Virus record (IMG/VR): IMGVR_UViG_3300033146_005439
Location: 32,001 to 96,000 of that record
Reading direction: 5' to 3' (one strand)
Length of the DNA: 64,000 bases
From: a virus
The stretch's first letter is position 1. Each line of letters starts with the position of its first letter. The notes beneath the pieces were generated by a model. It did no database searches, was not told the DNA's origin, and saw only the letters and a program-made list of their open reading frames with translations. Both the position numbers and the translations under genes were made by a program. This document shows positions 1-10,900 of the stretch, one piece after another.

Positions 1-819
1 TTGACCCATAGTAACATTAGACCCCATGACAGCCACAGTATTAAATAAACCATATTCATGAAAACGCCAAACACTTTTAAAACCTTCAACCACAATCAAA
101 GGTACTGTTGTACCATAAATACGTGCTTTATTTAAATTATAAAGTACCTTATCTTTATTAAAAGGTTTTGTCAACAAATATTTATAATCTTCACCTAAAA
201 CATTACCAGAAATATCTCTTAAACTATAAGCTAGTAATTTATTATTAACATCCCTGATAGGAATTATATCTCTTACAATATTATAAGCATCTATAAAGCC
301 ACCTGCAATTTCAAAATGATCTAATGTTTCCTTTTTAAAAGCTCCATTTTTTTCTTCCATAAAAAAAGTAGATCTAAATGGTTTATATAAATTTAAAGCC
401 TCTTCTGAAACATACTCTGGCAAAGGTGGGTCTACATGTGCTTCTATAAAATTTTTACGCTCTTGTTCATGCTTTCTTCTTGCTGCAGCTAAAGAAGCCC
501 CTTCATAATCACCTACCATTTCTTTTAAAAAATTTAAAGCAGTTATAAAATCTACTTTAAGTGCAGCTTTAATTAAACCTATAATATCATTTCCATATTC
601 TTCATGACATTTATGTGTAAAACAAACCCAAGTACGCCTTTCTAAATTAAATCTAAAAGCACTCCTATTATCACCTCCATGTATAGAACAAGGACCTCTA
701 ATCTCACGAGAATTAGATCTAAGATATTTAATCCCTAATTGATCCAACAAATAAGGTACATCTACTGCTTCTTTTAAAAAAACAAGATCATCTTTCTCAT
801 ACAAGTGCGTCTGACTCAT
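1..819 (-). CDS. dnaG: DnaG-type DNA primase (3' end runs off the window; not in the ORF track)
   Basis: Manual translation from ATG at 819 (GGAGAGG RBS at 826-832) gives MSQTHLYEKDDL...GPCSIHGGDN...WVCFTHKC, a CHC2 zinc-binding domain. Near position 100 it reads PLIVVEGFKSVW...VAVMGS, the start of a TOPRIM domain. Overlaps the end of the helicase gene. Confidence 0.9.
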   Translation of the reverse strand, partial: MSQTHLYEKDDLVFLKEAVDVPYLLDQLGIKYLRSNSREIRGPCSIHGGDNRSAFRFNLERRTWVCFTHKCHEEYGNDIIGLIKAALKVDFITALNFLKEMVGDYEGASLAAARRKHEQERKNFIEAHVDPPLPEYVSEEALNLYKPFRSTFFMEEKNGAFKKETLDHFEIAGGFIDAYNIVRDIIPIRDVNNKLLAYSLRDISGNVLGEDYKYLLTKPFNKDKVLYNLNKARIYGTTVPLIVVEGFKSVWRFHEYGLFNTVAVMGSNVTMGQ

Positions 820-2266
820 TCTGAACCTCTCCTTGACCTAATGTATTTATATCCCCGATATCTAAAGTATCACTACCACTAAAAATATGTTTCTCTACTT
901 GATGCATCATTGGCACTTCTAAAATAGTTAGTTTAGAATGAATAAACTTATAACCTATACCCGCAGAACCGGTTGTACCTCCACGCCTAGAATCTTTAAT
1001 ATATAAACCATAATGACCTATTTCATCTAAATCCCAAGCATTTTCTTCAGCTTCCTTTAAATCACGTAATCCCCAAAAAGCAATAACATCAGCATAACGA
1101 GCTATACGATCTGAATCAGCTACATCACCAGCTCTACTTAACTGAACAGCCGCCAAAAAAGGTATATTTAATTGACCAGACAAATCTTTTAATTTAGTAG
1201 TAACATCACCTAAAATTTGATATTCTTTTCTTCCTTGTTCTATACTGGATAAATCAGGTTCTTTAATATAATCAAAAATACCTAGTTGAATATCCTCCTT
1301 TAATTTATACTTCTTATACAAAGCTGATATTTTATCAACGGAATATCCAGGCAAATAAAAATGAAAAAGTTTACTCGCTTTTAAATACTCTACTGCACGA
1401 AGTACTCTATCATAAATTTCAGCGTTACCTTTAAAACCACCATGTTTAATAATACGTTCATCTACACCACTAATATTAGCTAAAATACGCCCCCGCCATT
1501 CAGGAAAAGTCATCTCTGTATCTATGTATAAAACTGGTTCTTGTTTCTTAATAGAAACATTAGCCGCAATATTAGTAAGTAAAGCACTTTTACCCATCTT
1601 TTTTCGGGCGGCAATAATAGTTAAAGTACCAGGAATTAAACCATCAATTGCTTTATCTAAAAAAGGATAACCTGTGGATAAACCTAATGTCTCTATTTTA
1701 GTATCTTCTATACTTTTAATATAATCTTCTAAACCATCGCCAATATGAATAGGTTCTTCAATAGCTGAACTTTCTAAAGATAAAGTTAATATGTCTGCTT
1801 GTACTTTATTTAAAAATGTATCACTAGGTACCGTTTCTACTTTTCCAGCACTGTCCAATAATTCATATCTATTACGATGCAAACTTACAAATAATTTATA
1901 TTTAGTACTATCATCCAAAAGTTTATGAACGTATAAATCAAAATTAGAAGAATTCACCTCTGTTTTAAATATAGCAGACAAAAAAGATTCATCCTCTAAC
2001 TCTGTATAACCTAATTCACTAGCTATCTTAGTTAAAATAGGAACATCAAAAGAACGCACACCTGTTTTATGTGCTATAAACATTATATTAAATAATTTAC
2101 GAGAATCCTCTGCTAAAAAATCATCTTCAACAACCTTAGACAGTAATGAATAAAAAAGGTCTTCGTTACATAAAGATAAAGCCAAAACAGAACGTTCGTT
2201 ACCATAATCACAAAAAGTTAAACGTACATCATCTGAATCAACTGTGTCTTTCTTGATATAATTCAT
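797..2266 (-). CDS. dnaB: DnaB-like replicative helicase
   Basis: GLSTGYPFLDKAIDGL, Walker A AARKKMGKS, YIDTEM, Walker B IFDYI, QLSR, YADV; DnaB-like N-terminal domain; adjacent to primase. Confidence 0.93.
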   Translation of the reverse strand: MNYIKKDTVDSDDVRLTFCDYGNERSVLALSLCNEDLFYSLLSKVVEDDFLAEDSRKLFNIMFIAHKTGVRSFDVPILTKIASELGYTELEDESFLSAIFKTEVNSSNFDLYVHKLLDDSTKYKLFVSLHRNRYELLDSAGKVETVPSDTFLNKVQADILTLSLESSAIEEPIHIGDGLEDYIKSIEDTKIETLGLSTGYPFLDKAIDGLIPGTLTIIAARKKMGKSALLTNIAANVSIKKQEPVLYIDTEMTFPEWRGRILANISGVDERIIKHGGFKGNAEIYDRVLRAVEYLKASKLFHFYLPGYSVDKISALYKKYKLKEDIQLGIFDYIKEPDLSSIEQGRKEYQILGDVTTKLKDLSGQLNIPFLAAVQLSRAGDVADSDRIARYADVIAFWGLRDLKEAEENAWDLDEIGHYGLYIKDSRRGGTTGSAGIGYKFIHSKLTILEVPMMHQVEKHIFSGSDTLDIGDINTLGQGEVQNESDALV

Positions 2267-2693
2267 TCTCTCTCCTAGTTAATTCTCTTTTAAATGATGC
2301 AATTAATTCTGAAATAGTTTTATCAATACCTTGTAACATATATACTTCATCTTGTAAAGCTTCTATTTCTATTTGTATAGAAGATAAAGTAGCCGTTTCA
2401 TATATAAGTTTATTACGTGCCTCAGCTTTTGTTTTATATTTTTTTAAATACTCTGGCGTCATTAATTGAAATAAAGTAGCTTCTAATAAACGTTGTTTAT
2501 CATTTAACCTCATTTTTGTTTGATTAAATTGAAATTTAAAATAAATCAAATACTGTGATAAAGCTATCACATATTGACTAATTTCTAGACTAGATACTTG
2601 ATTTAATTTAGAAACATCAAAATGAAAAATAGAATTAACATAATTTTTATTAGGATTTATTTGCTTAAACATATCAATATCATCCTGCATCAA
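2238..2693 (-). CDS. coiled-coil protein, possibly a UvsY-like recombination mediator or helicase loader
   Basis: 151 aa, almost entirely helical heptads; lies between recA and dnaB. The function is inferred from size and context only. Confidence 0.35.
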   Translation of the reverse strand: MMQDDIDMFKQINPNKNYVNSIFHFDVSKLNQVSSLEISQYVIALSQYLIYFKFQFNQTKMRLNDKQRLLEATLFQLMTPEYLKKYKTKAEARNKLIYETATLSSIQIEIEALQDEVYMLQGIDKTISELIASFKRELTRRENELYQERHS

Positions 2694-2932
2694 GAAACCT
2701 CCTTATCCTCATTTTTATTTTCTTTTGTAACATAACAACCAGTACAAAAATAATCAAACTCATAAGTACCTGTTTCATGATTATAAAAATTATACCAATC
2801 AGATTTCATACCCACTTGTTTACATTCTAAAGATAAATCACAATAATGACTATCCCCAGTCATAGTGCCATCTTTTAAAGGTATAAAATCCATACAATCT
2901 TTTATTAATATATCAGTCATGTAGTGCCTCAT
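2690..2932 (-). CDS. small hypothetical protein with Cys residues
   Basis: Overlaps both neighbours in the operon; C-x5-C and CTGC. The true start may be M5. Confidence 0.55.
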   Translation of the reverse strand: MRHYMTDILIKDCMDFIPLKDGTMTGDSHYCDLSLECKQVGMKSDWYNFYNHETGTYEFDYFCTGCYVTKENKNEDKEVS

Positions 2933-3257
2933 AAATACGAGTTAAAACAAGATCTTGCGTAATCACATCTTGTTTATCATAAAAATAAACTAAAACTAAA
3001 TTAGTTTCTTCACAATATTCAACTTTTAAATTATCCCTTCTTTTTTGGGCATATAAAGCTTTAATATCTGAATGAAAATGACTTACATACTTAAAATGTT
3101 GTTCACCTTGACATTCAATTAAAACTCCTAAAGTTTTAATATAAAAATCAAAGAACAAACGAGTATTTTTATAATATACATAATATTCACATTTTATATC
3201 ATCAAATGGATATAACTTATGTAAAACATTATAAACATTATCTGCTATTTTACTCAT
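2913..3257 (-). CDS. DUF559/Vsr-like endonuclease
   Basis: FDFY...LIECQGEQH...RD.LK..YC pattern typical of the very-short-patch/DUF559 nuclease family. Confidence 0.75.
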   Translation of the reverse strand: MSKIADNVYNVLHKLYPFDDIKCEYYVYYKNTRLFFDFYIKTLGVLIECQGEQHFKYVSHFHSDIKALYAQKRRDNLKVEYCEETNLVLVYFYDKQDVITQDLVLTRIYEALHD

Positions 3258-4318
3258 GTTTTATTTAAAGAGGCGTCTCTTTCTTTCTGAGCTTGATAAA
3301 AAGGAGTTAAACCCACCATAGAAATTACTTGATCTTTAATTTCAAAAAAAACTTCTGGATGCTTATTAAAATAATCCCTAACACCCTTATCACCTTGACC
3401 TATAGTTTCTCCTTTATGATAATACCAAGCTCCCTTTTTTTCAATAATACCTAGATCTACAGCATATGTTATAATCTCATATTCCAAATCATAACCCACA
3501 CCGTAGTATAAAGGAACTATATTAGATTTAAAAGGAGCACTTAATTTATTTTTAACTATTTCACATTTGGTCATGTGCCCTATAACTGTACCATCTTCAT
3601 CTTTAATTCTATTAGCAACAGCTTGTGCCCCAGAAACCTTAATCCTACCTGTAGCATAAAATTTTAAAGCATTACCACCAGTTGTAGTCTCTGGATTACC
3701 ATAACCACCTACTTTATTACGTGTCTGATTAATAAAAATAACACATACATTATTTTTTGCTGCTATAGGGACATACCTAAGTAAAGTAGTACTCATTAAT
3801 CTAGCTAAAAGAGCTATTGTAGTATCACCTATTTCCTTTTGGGCTTGATCTTGTGGTATTAAAGCTGTTACAGAATCTACAACAACTAAATCTAATTCTC
3901 CCGTCTTCATTAATATTTCGGCGGCATCTAAATTTTCCTCTCCAGTAAATAAATCAATTACAATAAGTTTATCTAAATCTACACCCATAGATTCAAATAG
4001 TTGAGGATCAGCGCTATGTTCTGCATCAATAAAAGCAGCAGTCATACCACGTGATTGTGCTTCTGCTATAATAGACATAGCAAGTGTAGTTTTGCCAGAG
4101 GCTTCTCCACCAAAGATCTCGTAGATTCTACCTAAAGCTACACCACCTCTACCTAAATTCATATCTAAACCAATACTTCTAGTAGAAATAGTATCAATAA
4201 TAAGAGGTTTTTCTGACATAGGCTTAACTACATCACCATACTTCTTTTGAATAGCCTTCTTAGCTAAGTCTAATGTAGATACAACTTTTTTAGTCTTACT
4301 ATCTTTTTTCTTAACCAT
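3254..4318 (-). CDS. recA: RecA recombinase
   Basis: GRIYEIFGGEASGKTT (P-loop), AFIDAEH, VVVDSVTAL, FINQTR, ETTTGGNALKFY, VKNKLSAPF, KKGAWY. Confidence 0.97.
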   Translation of the reverse strand: MVKKKDSKTKKVVSTLDLAKKAIQKKYGDVVKPMSEKPLIIDTISTRSIGLDMNLGRGGVALGRIYEIFGGEASGKTTLAMSIIAEAQSRGMTAAFIDAEHSADPQLFESMGVDLDKLIVIDLFTGEENLDAAEILMKTGELDLVVVDSVTALIPQDQAQKEIGDTTIALLARLMSTTLLRYVPIAAKNNVCVIFINQTRNKVGGYGNPETTTGGNALKFYATGRIKVSGAQAVANRIKDEDGTVIGHMTKCEIVKNKLSAPFKSNIVPLYYGVGYDLEYEIITYAVDLGIIEKKGAWYYHKGETIGQGDKGVRDYFNKHPEVFFEIKDQVISMVGLTPFYQAQKERDASLNKT

Positions 4319-4329
4319 ACATAAATCTC

Positions 4330-4902
4330 CTACTTTTTATAAATTAAATCAAAACCTTTATAATTTTTAGCTTCTCGTTCAGACCATAACTTAGCTTTAC
4401 GTTCAGCTTTTAACTGTAAAAATTCATATTCATTACTGTTTAATAAATTAATAACTTTATCAGTTACCCATTTACAATTTACCCACCCAAATAAAGCTAA
4501 AGTAGGACCACTTTTTAAATTCAATTGTTCTTCATATTGAAAAAGACCTTCTATAATAAGAGCTGTATCTATTAAAGCTTCTTTATAAGAAATAGATAAC
4601 TCAACACTACGTTTTTTAACAAAATTAGACAATATAGCCCTATCCTTATCTCTATTAGAAACTAATTTACAAATGTTACCTTTATAATAAGCATACATAT
4701 TATAAAAGTAATCTATCAAATCATCAACAGATTTTAAATCATGCCTTACTGGTTTTTTTACAATAGAATAATCACGACTCTTTAAAAAATCAATACACAA
4801 AGCCTCTAAATCAGCCTCTGTTTTAACTGAACCTCCAAAAAGGTCCCTCTGTTCTAGATCAAATAAAAGTTGCTTAAAAGTATCTAAATAGGCCGCTGTC
4901 AT
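4330..4902 (-). CDS. hypothetical protein
   Basis: 190-aa ORF with a 4-nt overlap with the clamp gene; no motif recognised. Confidence 0.65.
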   Translation of the reverse strand: MTAAYLDTFKQLLFDLEQRDLFGGSVKTEADLEALCIDFLKSRDYSIVKKPVRHDLKSVDDLIDYFYNMYAYYKGNICKLVSNRDKDRAILSNFVKKRSVELSISYKEALIDTALIIEGLFQYEEQLNLKSGPTLALFGWVNCKWVTDKVINLLNSNEYEFLQLKAERKAKLWSEREAKNYKGFDLIYKK

Positions 4903-6041
4903 ACTCTTCGCCTAATAGGTGTTAAAAGAGCCCTTTGATTATGATTATTAACATCTTTTAAAATAAACAAACCATTTTCATTAGAAAAACAAACTTCCAC
5001 TTGGGTATCATCTATAGCATCTAAACTCTGAACTAAATATTGACCATTTAAATCAATCAACAAATTTTTAGTATGCTCTATAGCACCACTATAAATAAAA
5101 GAAGCATTATCAGCAAATACTTGTAATTGACCGTCTTCTAATTGTAAAGTAACTCGCTTATAATCATCATCAAGAGCGTTTATAAAAGGGACTAAACTCG
5201 ATAGTAATATATATTTATCTATTACAATAGAATCAATATATTGCTCAAAAGTTTCAGTATAATCAGGAAAATTATCTCCAACTAATAATCTACCATGTAA
5301 AGTTGTATTATTGATAACCACTTTAATAAAACCCTTAGATATATCAGCATCGAAAAAAACTGAAGTTTCTGGTTCTAACAATCTTCTAAGAACCATAATA
5401 AATTGATAAGGTATTAAATAAGAAATATCTTTAACATCACTAGTATTATCTACAGAAAACTCTGCTAATTTTAAAGCATCAGTTCCAGCAAAATATATTT
5501 TATCTTCTGTAAATTTTAAATTAATGCCTTGTATAAATAATCTTGCTGAACTAGGATCTGTTGCATAAATAACTTTACTTATAGCGCTCTTTATTACATC
5601 CGAACTTAACACAAAGGAAGGTTCTCCAAAAGCTGAAGGTAAAAACATTTTTTCCGTAGGAAATAAAGGTAGTTTTAAAGAACTTTTTGCTGACTGACCA
5701 TTAGAAAAAGTATTTACAACTTTAACTGTAAAACTATGCTTATTAAGTTTTAAAGATACCCTATCTACACCCTCTTCATCATTCCATATTTTAAAACTAT
5801 TTACAAAAGAAAACAATTTAAAATAAGGAATACAAGCTCTACCAGTTTCTTTTATACTTAAATTATCATAACAAACTTTAGTTACAAATAAACGACCATT
5901 TGTTGCTAAAAAAACAACACTACCATCCTTACGAGCTTCTAAAAAAACTTGCCCAGTTACATCCTGTGCAGCAGGTTTAATAACAGTACTAACAGCTTTT
6001 AACACTTCTTGTAATTCAAATAAATCAATTAATAATTCCAT
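4899..6041 (-). CDS. dnaN: DNA polymerase III beta subunit (sliding clamp)
   Basis: 380 aa; ATNG, GTDALKLA (cf. ATDGHRLA), FPDY, NGQYL, C-terminal LLTPIR (cf. VMPMR); AGGAGG RBS at 6047-6052. Confidence 0.88.
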   Translation of the reverse strand: MELLIDLFELQEVLKAVSTVIKPAAQDVTGQVFLEARKDGSVVFLATNGRLFVTKVCYDNLSIKETGRACIPYFKLFSFVNSFKIWNDEEGVDRVSLKLNKHSFTVKVVNTFSNGQSAKSSLKLPLFPTEKMFLPSAFGEPSFVLSSDVIKSAISKVIYATDPSSARLFIQGINLKFTEDKIYFAGTDALKLAEFSVDNTSDVKDISYLIPYQFIMVLRRLLEPETSVFFDADISKGFIKVVINNTTLHGRLLVGDNFPDYTETFEQYIDSIVIDKYILLSSLVPFINALDDDYKRVTLQLEDGQLQVFADNASFIYSGAIEHTKNLLIDLNGQYLVQSLDAIDDTQVEVCFSNENGLFILKDVNNHNQRALLTPIRRRV

Positions 6042-6084
6042 ATATACCTCCTTTTAAAAAAATATTATATATCTAATTAAAATT

Positions 6085-6113
6085 AGTATAACATATTAAT
6101 AAAAGAAAGTCTA
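6085..6113 (-). promoter_or_regulatory. sigma70-type promoter for the replication operon
   Basis: Minus strand reads TAGACT (6113-6108), a 17-bp spacer, then TATACT (6090-6085) with an extended -10 TG. It lies in the only sizeable gap upstream of dnaN. Confidence 0.7.
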
Positions 6114-6120
6114 CTAAAAT

Positions 6121-7986
6121 TTAAACGCATTGAATAAAAACATTTAAATTTTTAAACCAATGCTTACGAGAAACTATCGAGTATTTAACATATAAATCTA
6201 TACAATTTAAAGGTAAAGAAGCCTTAATAAAACCATATAAATCTTTTTTAAATAAAGTACCATGTTTTTGTAAAATAAATTTAATCTGCTCATCTATATC
6301 GGAATAATCCTCCAAATTAACATAATCAGATACCCTTACTGAAGATTTACTTCTAGAAGATGCCTTATAATAGTAACTTTCTATATGAAAAGCCCATAAA
6401 TAAGACTTATTCCTATCTAAAGAATATATCTTGTCATAATTTTTTATATAATAATATATAGGTGAACCATCTTCACCAGAATTAATTTTAATGTTTACAT
6501 ACCTAGGGTTTCTGCCAGCTGAAAAATTATTTATATCCAAAACTTGTTCTGTATGTTTAAATTGTTCATACATAGGGGTTGTAGTAAAATTAGGTAAAAT
6601 TTTAGGTTGTATAAAAGCAACTAAACTTTTACTATGTAACTGACCATATATATAGGTATTTAAAGTAACTAAATTACCTCCTATAAGATTAAAAGAATTT
6701 TCTATTTTAGAAGCTTTCTTTAAAGTACCACCATTTATTTTAAATTGTGCGTAAGGCCTATAAGTCTCTGCAGCTCTTATATGTATATAATCTAATACTT
6801 CATAAGAACTTGTATTAATAAAACAACTTAAATCTTTAATATTTCTAGAATAAAAAGTATTATCCCATCCTATAACATAGCCTACTAAATCTTTCTTAAA
6901 TAATATATCACAATAAGCATATAAAACTTTATAATTAGAATTTAGACAATAAGTATTAATCATAGCATATAAATAAACACTTTGTAATAATGAAATAGCT
7001 ATAACAGAACTACTTTTTAATATAGAAGGTTTAATTGAAACAACTAGATCTTTATATAAACGACCTGTATTTATATAAGTAATTAAATCAAAAAGTTTCA
7101 TTGTAGAAATAGTAATGTATAAATCTTTGTATAAATCTTTATTTATATAAGTATATAAAAATTTTGTTTGATTAAAACCCTTAAACCCTTTAATAACACC
7201 ATATAAAACTTTAAAAGGTATACAATAAATAGAACCTATTAAATTTAAATAAGCTAAATTAGCACTTAAATATATATGTAAATCTTTAATAGCATAACTA
7301 TGTAAATAAACACTAAACTCTTTATAAGGAATACTAACTAAATAAGTATTTAAAAATAAACTACTTAAATTTATACCAGTAATATAAGTAGAAAGAAGTT
7401 TATATCTTTTACTAAATATATAACCTTTTAAATAAACATAAGCCCAACCATAAATAAAACTTTTAATACTTAAACTTTGTCTTAAATAAATTTTAAAAAA
7501 AGAAGTTTTTAAATCTAAAAAACCTTTTAAATAAACACCTTCTATATTAACATGTATATCATAAAATTCTATAATATTTATAAAAGCATTTAATTTAAAA
7601 GGTTCTACACTATAAAGTAAACTTTTTAAATCAAAATAAATAGACTTTCCTTGTAAAACACGTATAAATACTTTAAAATAAATATTAGAAGTGTGCTCTA
7701 TATTTCGTATAAAAGCTGTATAAGAAAGAGTATCTGTAAAAGTCATTACTCTAATAAAAGAATGTAGATACAAAGAAGGTATCTGCACAGCAATATAAGC
7801 ATTTAAATAAATACTTAAAGGATTACCATAAATAAAACTTTCTAAAGTATCTGCGGATTTAAAAACACAAGGTAATTTAAGAACTTGTATAGTACCTTTG
7901 GCATAACCTAAAACTATACGCCTACATTCAGTGGCATATACACCACTTAAAGCTCTTGCTTTTAAGTTATCATAATTATAGGTCAT
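6121..7986 (-). CDS. putative virion structural protein with degenerate ~14-15-aa repeats
   Basis: Recurrent KDLxxxI-type units (KDLHIYL, KDLYITI, KDLVVSI, KDLVGYV, KDLSCFI, KDLYGFI); last gene of the structural block. Confidence 0.5.
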   Translation of the reverse strand: MTYNYDNLKARALSGVYATECRRIVLGYAKGTIQVLKLPCVFKSADTLESFIYGNPLSIYLNAYIAVQIPSLYLHSFIRVMTFTDTLSYTAFIRNIEHTSNIYFKVFIRVLQGKSIYFDLKSLLYSVEPFKLNAFINIIEFYDIHVNIEGVYLKGFLDLKTSFFKIYLRQSLSIKSFIYGWAYVYLKGYIFSKRYKLLSTYITGINLSSLFLNTYLVSIPYKEFSVYLHSYAIKDLHIYLSANLAYLNLIGSIYCIPFKVLYGVIKGFKGFNQTKFLYTYINKDLYKDLYITISTMKLFDLITYINTGRLYKDLVVSIKPSILKSSSVIAISLLQSVYLYAMINTYCLNSNYKVLYAYCDILFKKDLVGYVIGWDNTFYSRNIKDLSCFINTSSYEVLDYIHIRAAETYRPYAQFKINGGTLKKASKIENSFNLIGGNLVTLNTYIYGQLHSKSLVAFIQPKILPNFTTTPMYEQFKHTEQVLDINNFSAGRNPRYVNIKINSGEDGSPIYYYIKNYDKIYSLDRNKSYLWAFHIESYYYKASSRSKSSVRVSDYVNLEDYSDIDEQIKFILQKHGTLFKKDLYGFIKASLPLNCIDLYVKYSIVSRKHWFKNLNVFIQCV

Positions 7987-7990
7987 GCTT

Positions 7991-10900
7991 TTATATATCC
8001 CACCAAACTCTTAGTTTACTATCAAAATAATCAAAAACAGCTTGTGCTGGTATTTTTGATCGAACATAAATAGCTTTACTATCATTTATACGTATATCAG
8101 AAACTTTTAAAGAAGGAACTACACCTATAGATTTAATATAAGGAACTGAAGAATCTTCCCCAAAATTCTTACTAATTAAGGTTAATTTTATTTGTAAAAA
8201 TCTAAGCCTTTTTAAAAAATAATTATCTTTAGGCACAATACTCCAATTATCAACAGAAGTGTTCCAAAAAGGATCTTCTTTACGTGGTAATATAGTACCT
8301 AATAAAGCATATTCTCTTTTAGACACATTAAAATCATGAGAAAATATAATAGGATATGCAGGCTCATAAGTAAAAGTATTAGAAGGAATAAAATCACTAT
8401 AATATAATATTTTATCTATATTTCTTGTATAATTATTTATATAAGTTATACTATGATTATGTTTATTATATACTATACAATAATAAGTATTAGCTTGTAA
8501 ATAAGTTACATTATTTAAAAAAGATTTAGTATAAATTAAAGTGCCTTTTGCTGAATAATGCCTTATTTCACCATTATTAAAAGATAAAGCTACAAAAAAA
8601 CCTCCTACCTTATCTTCTGTCAAACTTATTACTTTAGAAGGCATTAAAATACTAATAAGAGGTTCATCTAAATTAACTCTATATTTACTTACAAAAACTG
8701 AATTAGATGCGGTAGTACTAACTACCCAACAAGAATTTTCTTCAGCGCTACATAATAAAGAAGGACTTTGTAAAGAAATATTAAAAATCAAAGAAGTATC
8801 TAAACCAATAATAGTTAAATTACTTTGTGAAGTACAAGTATAAAAAATATAATCGGACATATAATGCACACAAAAATCTGTTAAATAATTTAAATATAAA
8901 ACATGTTTAGAACTTAAATCAGATGAATAAATAGCTAATAATAAATTAGGTAATAAAAAAACTATATTATCTGATAAAGTAAAAAGTACTTTAATATATT
9001 CATAGGGCTCTTCAACATCATTAGCAGTAAAATTAGCTGCATGTAAAGACTTACCTGAAATATCTTCCAATTCAATATTAAAACTAGTTGCACGCTGCTT
9101 AATAAATATTCTATTACAATTACATCTATTTTCTGAAATACCTACAATTTTTTGTAAACTAGAACTTAAATCACCTAAATCCTTATAAGTATCGGTATGT
9201 ATATCATATAATTTAGCTCCTACAGGAAATAAATCATTACTTGAAACACACCAAGCAATATCACTAAATAAAAAAGGTGGTTCATTAGATTGTTTTATTT
9301 CTATAGTACTTACATATAAATTTTCATCAACACTTATATTATTTTTACCTAATTCTAAATCAGCAACTACTTTAACATAACTTGCTTTATTAGCTTCTTC
9401 AAAATCTATAACTTTAGTTATATAAACTCCTTGAGATAAAATAGATGTATTAAAATAAGAAGCTAACACTAAATTACCCTTATTAGAATTAGAAGCTACA
9501 TCATAAACTTGTTCTTGTAATATATTTAAAAGACCATCTGAAGATTTATATATAATAGATTGAGCATAAATAATAGTATTATATATAGCTTCATCATTGA
9601 TATCTTTAAATAAAGAAATATTTAATAAAAAAGAACCTTCTATAACTTTAGTAATTTGATTTACTACATAACATTTCCACCATTTATTATCCTCTAAAAC
9701 ATATATATAATAAGTGTCATCAAGTAAATTAATCTTAAGATATTCTTCTCCTAATAAAACATCTGTTTCTAAAACTACATATAAAAGACCAGTTATATAA
9801 TCATACTCATAAATTCTAGTTGCGCCGTAACTAATCCCTCGGGCTTTAGCAGTTATAGTTAATTTTTGAGTACTAGTATTATAATCACAAAATCTAAAAG
9901 AATGTTGCTCATTTATTAAACTAAAAGATTGTATTTCTACACAATTATTTGTTATAACATCATACTCATATAAACACATATTAGTGGAATTTATAGATAC
10001 TAATATAATAAAAGTATTATCATCCTTATAAGTAGCTGATATATACCCTGAAGATATATTTATAGTATAAGCTGTTATATTATTAGGCAAACCATTTAAA
10101 TCATGTTTATATACTTGATCATAATCTATAACATACACACAAGCATTACCAGAATGGTAATATAAAGCAACATAAGAATTAGATAAATAAGGCTGCATAT
10201 CCATATATAAACTAAAAGTATCAGTTAAAATATCATATTTAAATAATTCTTTTAAATTTCCGGGATATTTATGTGCTAATATGTAACAAACTAAATTATC
10301 TTTATCTAAACTCATAGTTTGAGTATTATAAATAAAGCCTAAATCTACTGTAGATAATTGGGGTTGTTTATATTTATACTGCCAAGGAGTATCTAAAGAA
10401 GCTATACTTAAATAATTAGTTGAAGAAACAACTTCAGTGTTCAAAAAAGTTCCAGAATACCAATTGTTATAAACATTAGAAATAATAGTACCTGCATCTA
10501 TACCTTTATAAGGACCTTCTTTATTTAAAGCTAACTGAATATAATCCCCTTTAGTGGTTGGATCAGGATCTATACACACATAGGCGTCCACAGAATCAGG
10601 CTTACAATTATTATATATATAAACAGGCTCTGATTTCCCTTCATAACCTATAGGAGTATCATCTAAATATTCATAATAAGAAGAACCATCTTGACCAAAG
10701 CTAATACAATAATCATTATTTAAAATCTTAAATTCAAAAACTTCAATAGAAATACCACTAACAACACATCTTATATATTTAGCAATAGAAGGTTCTGGTA
10801 AAGTAGCATAATATGCTTGAGCACTAACGTTAGTAACCACTTTCTTAAAATTGTAATTATCATCTTCTTTATAATAAAAATAAATATCGTTTTTATTATT

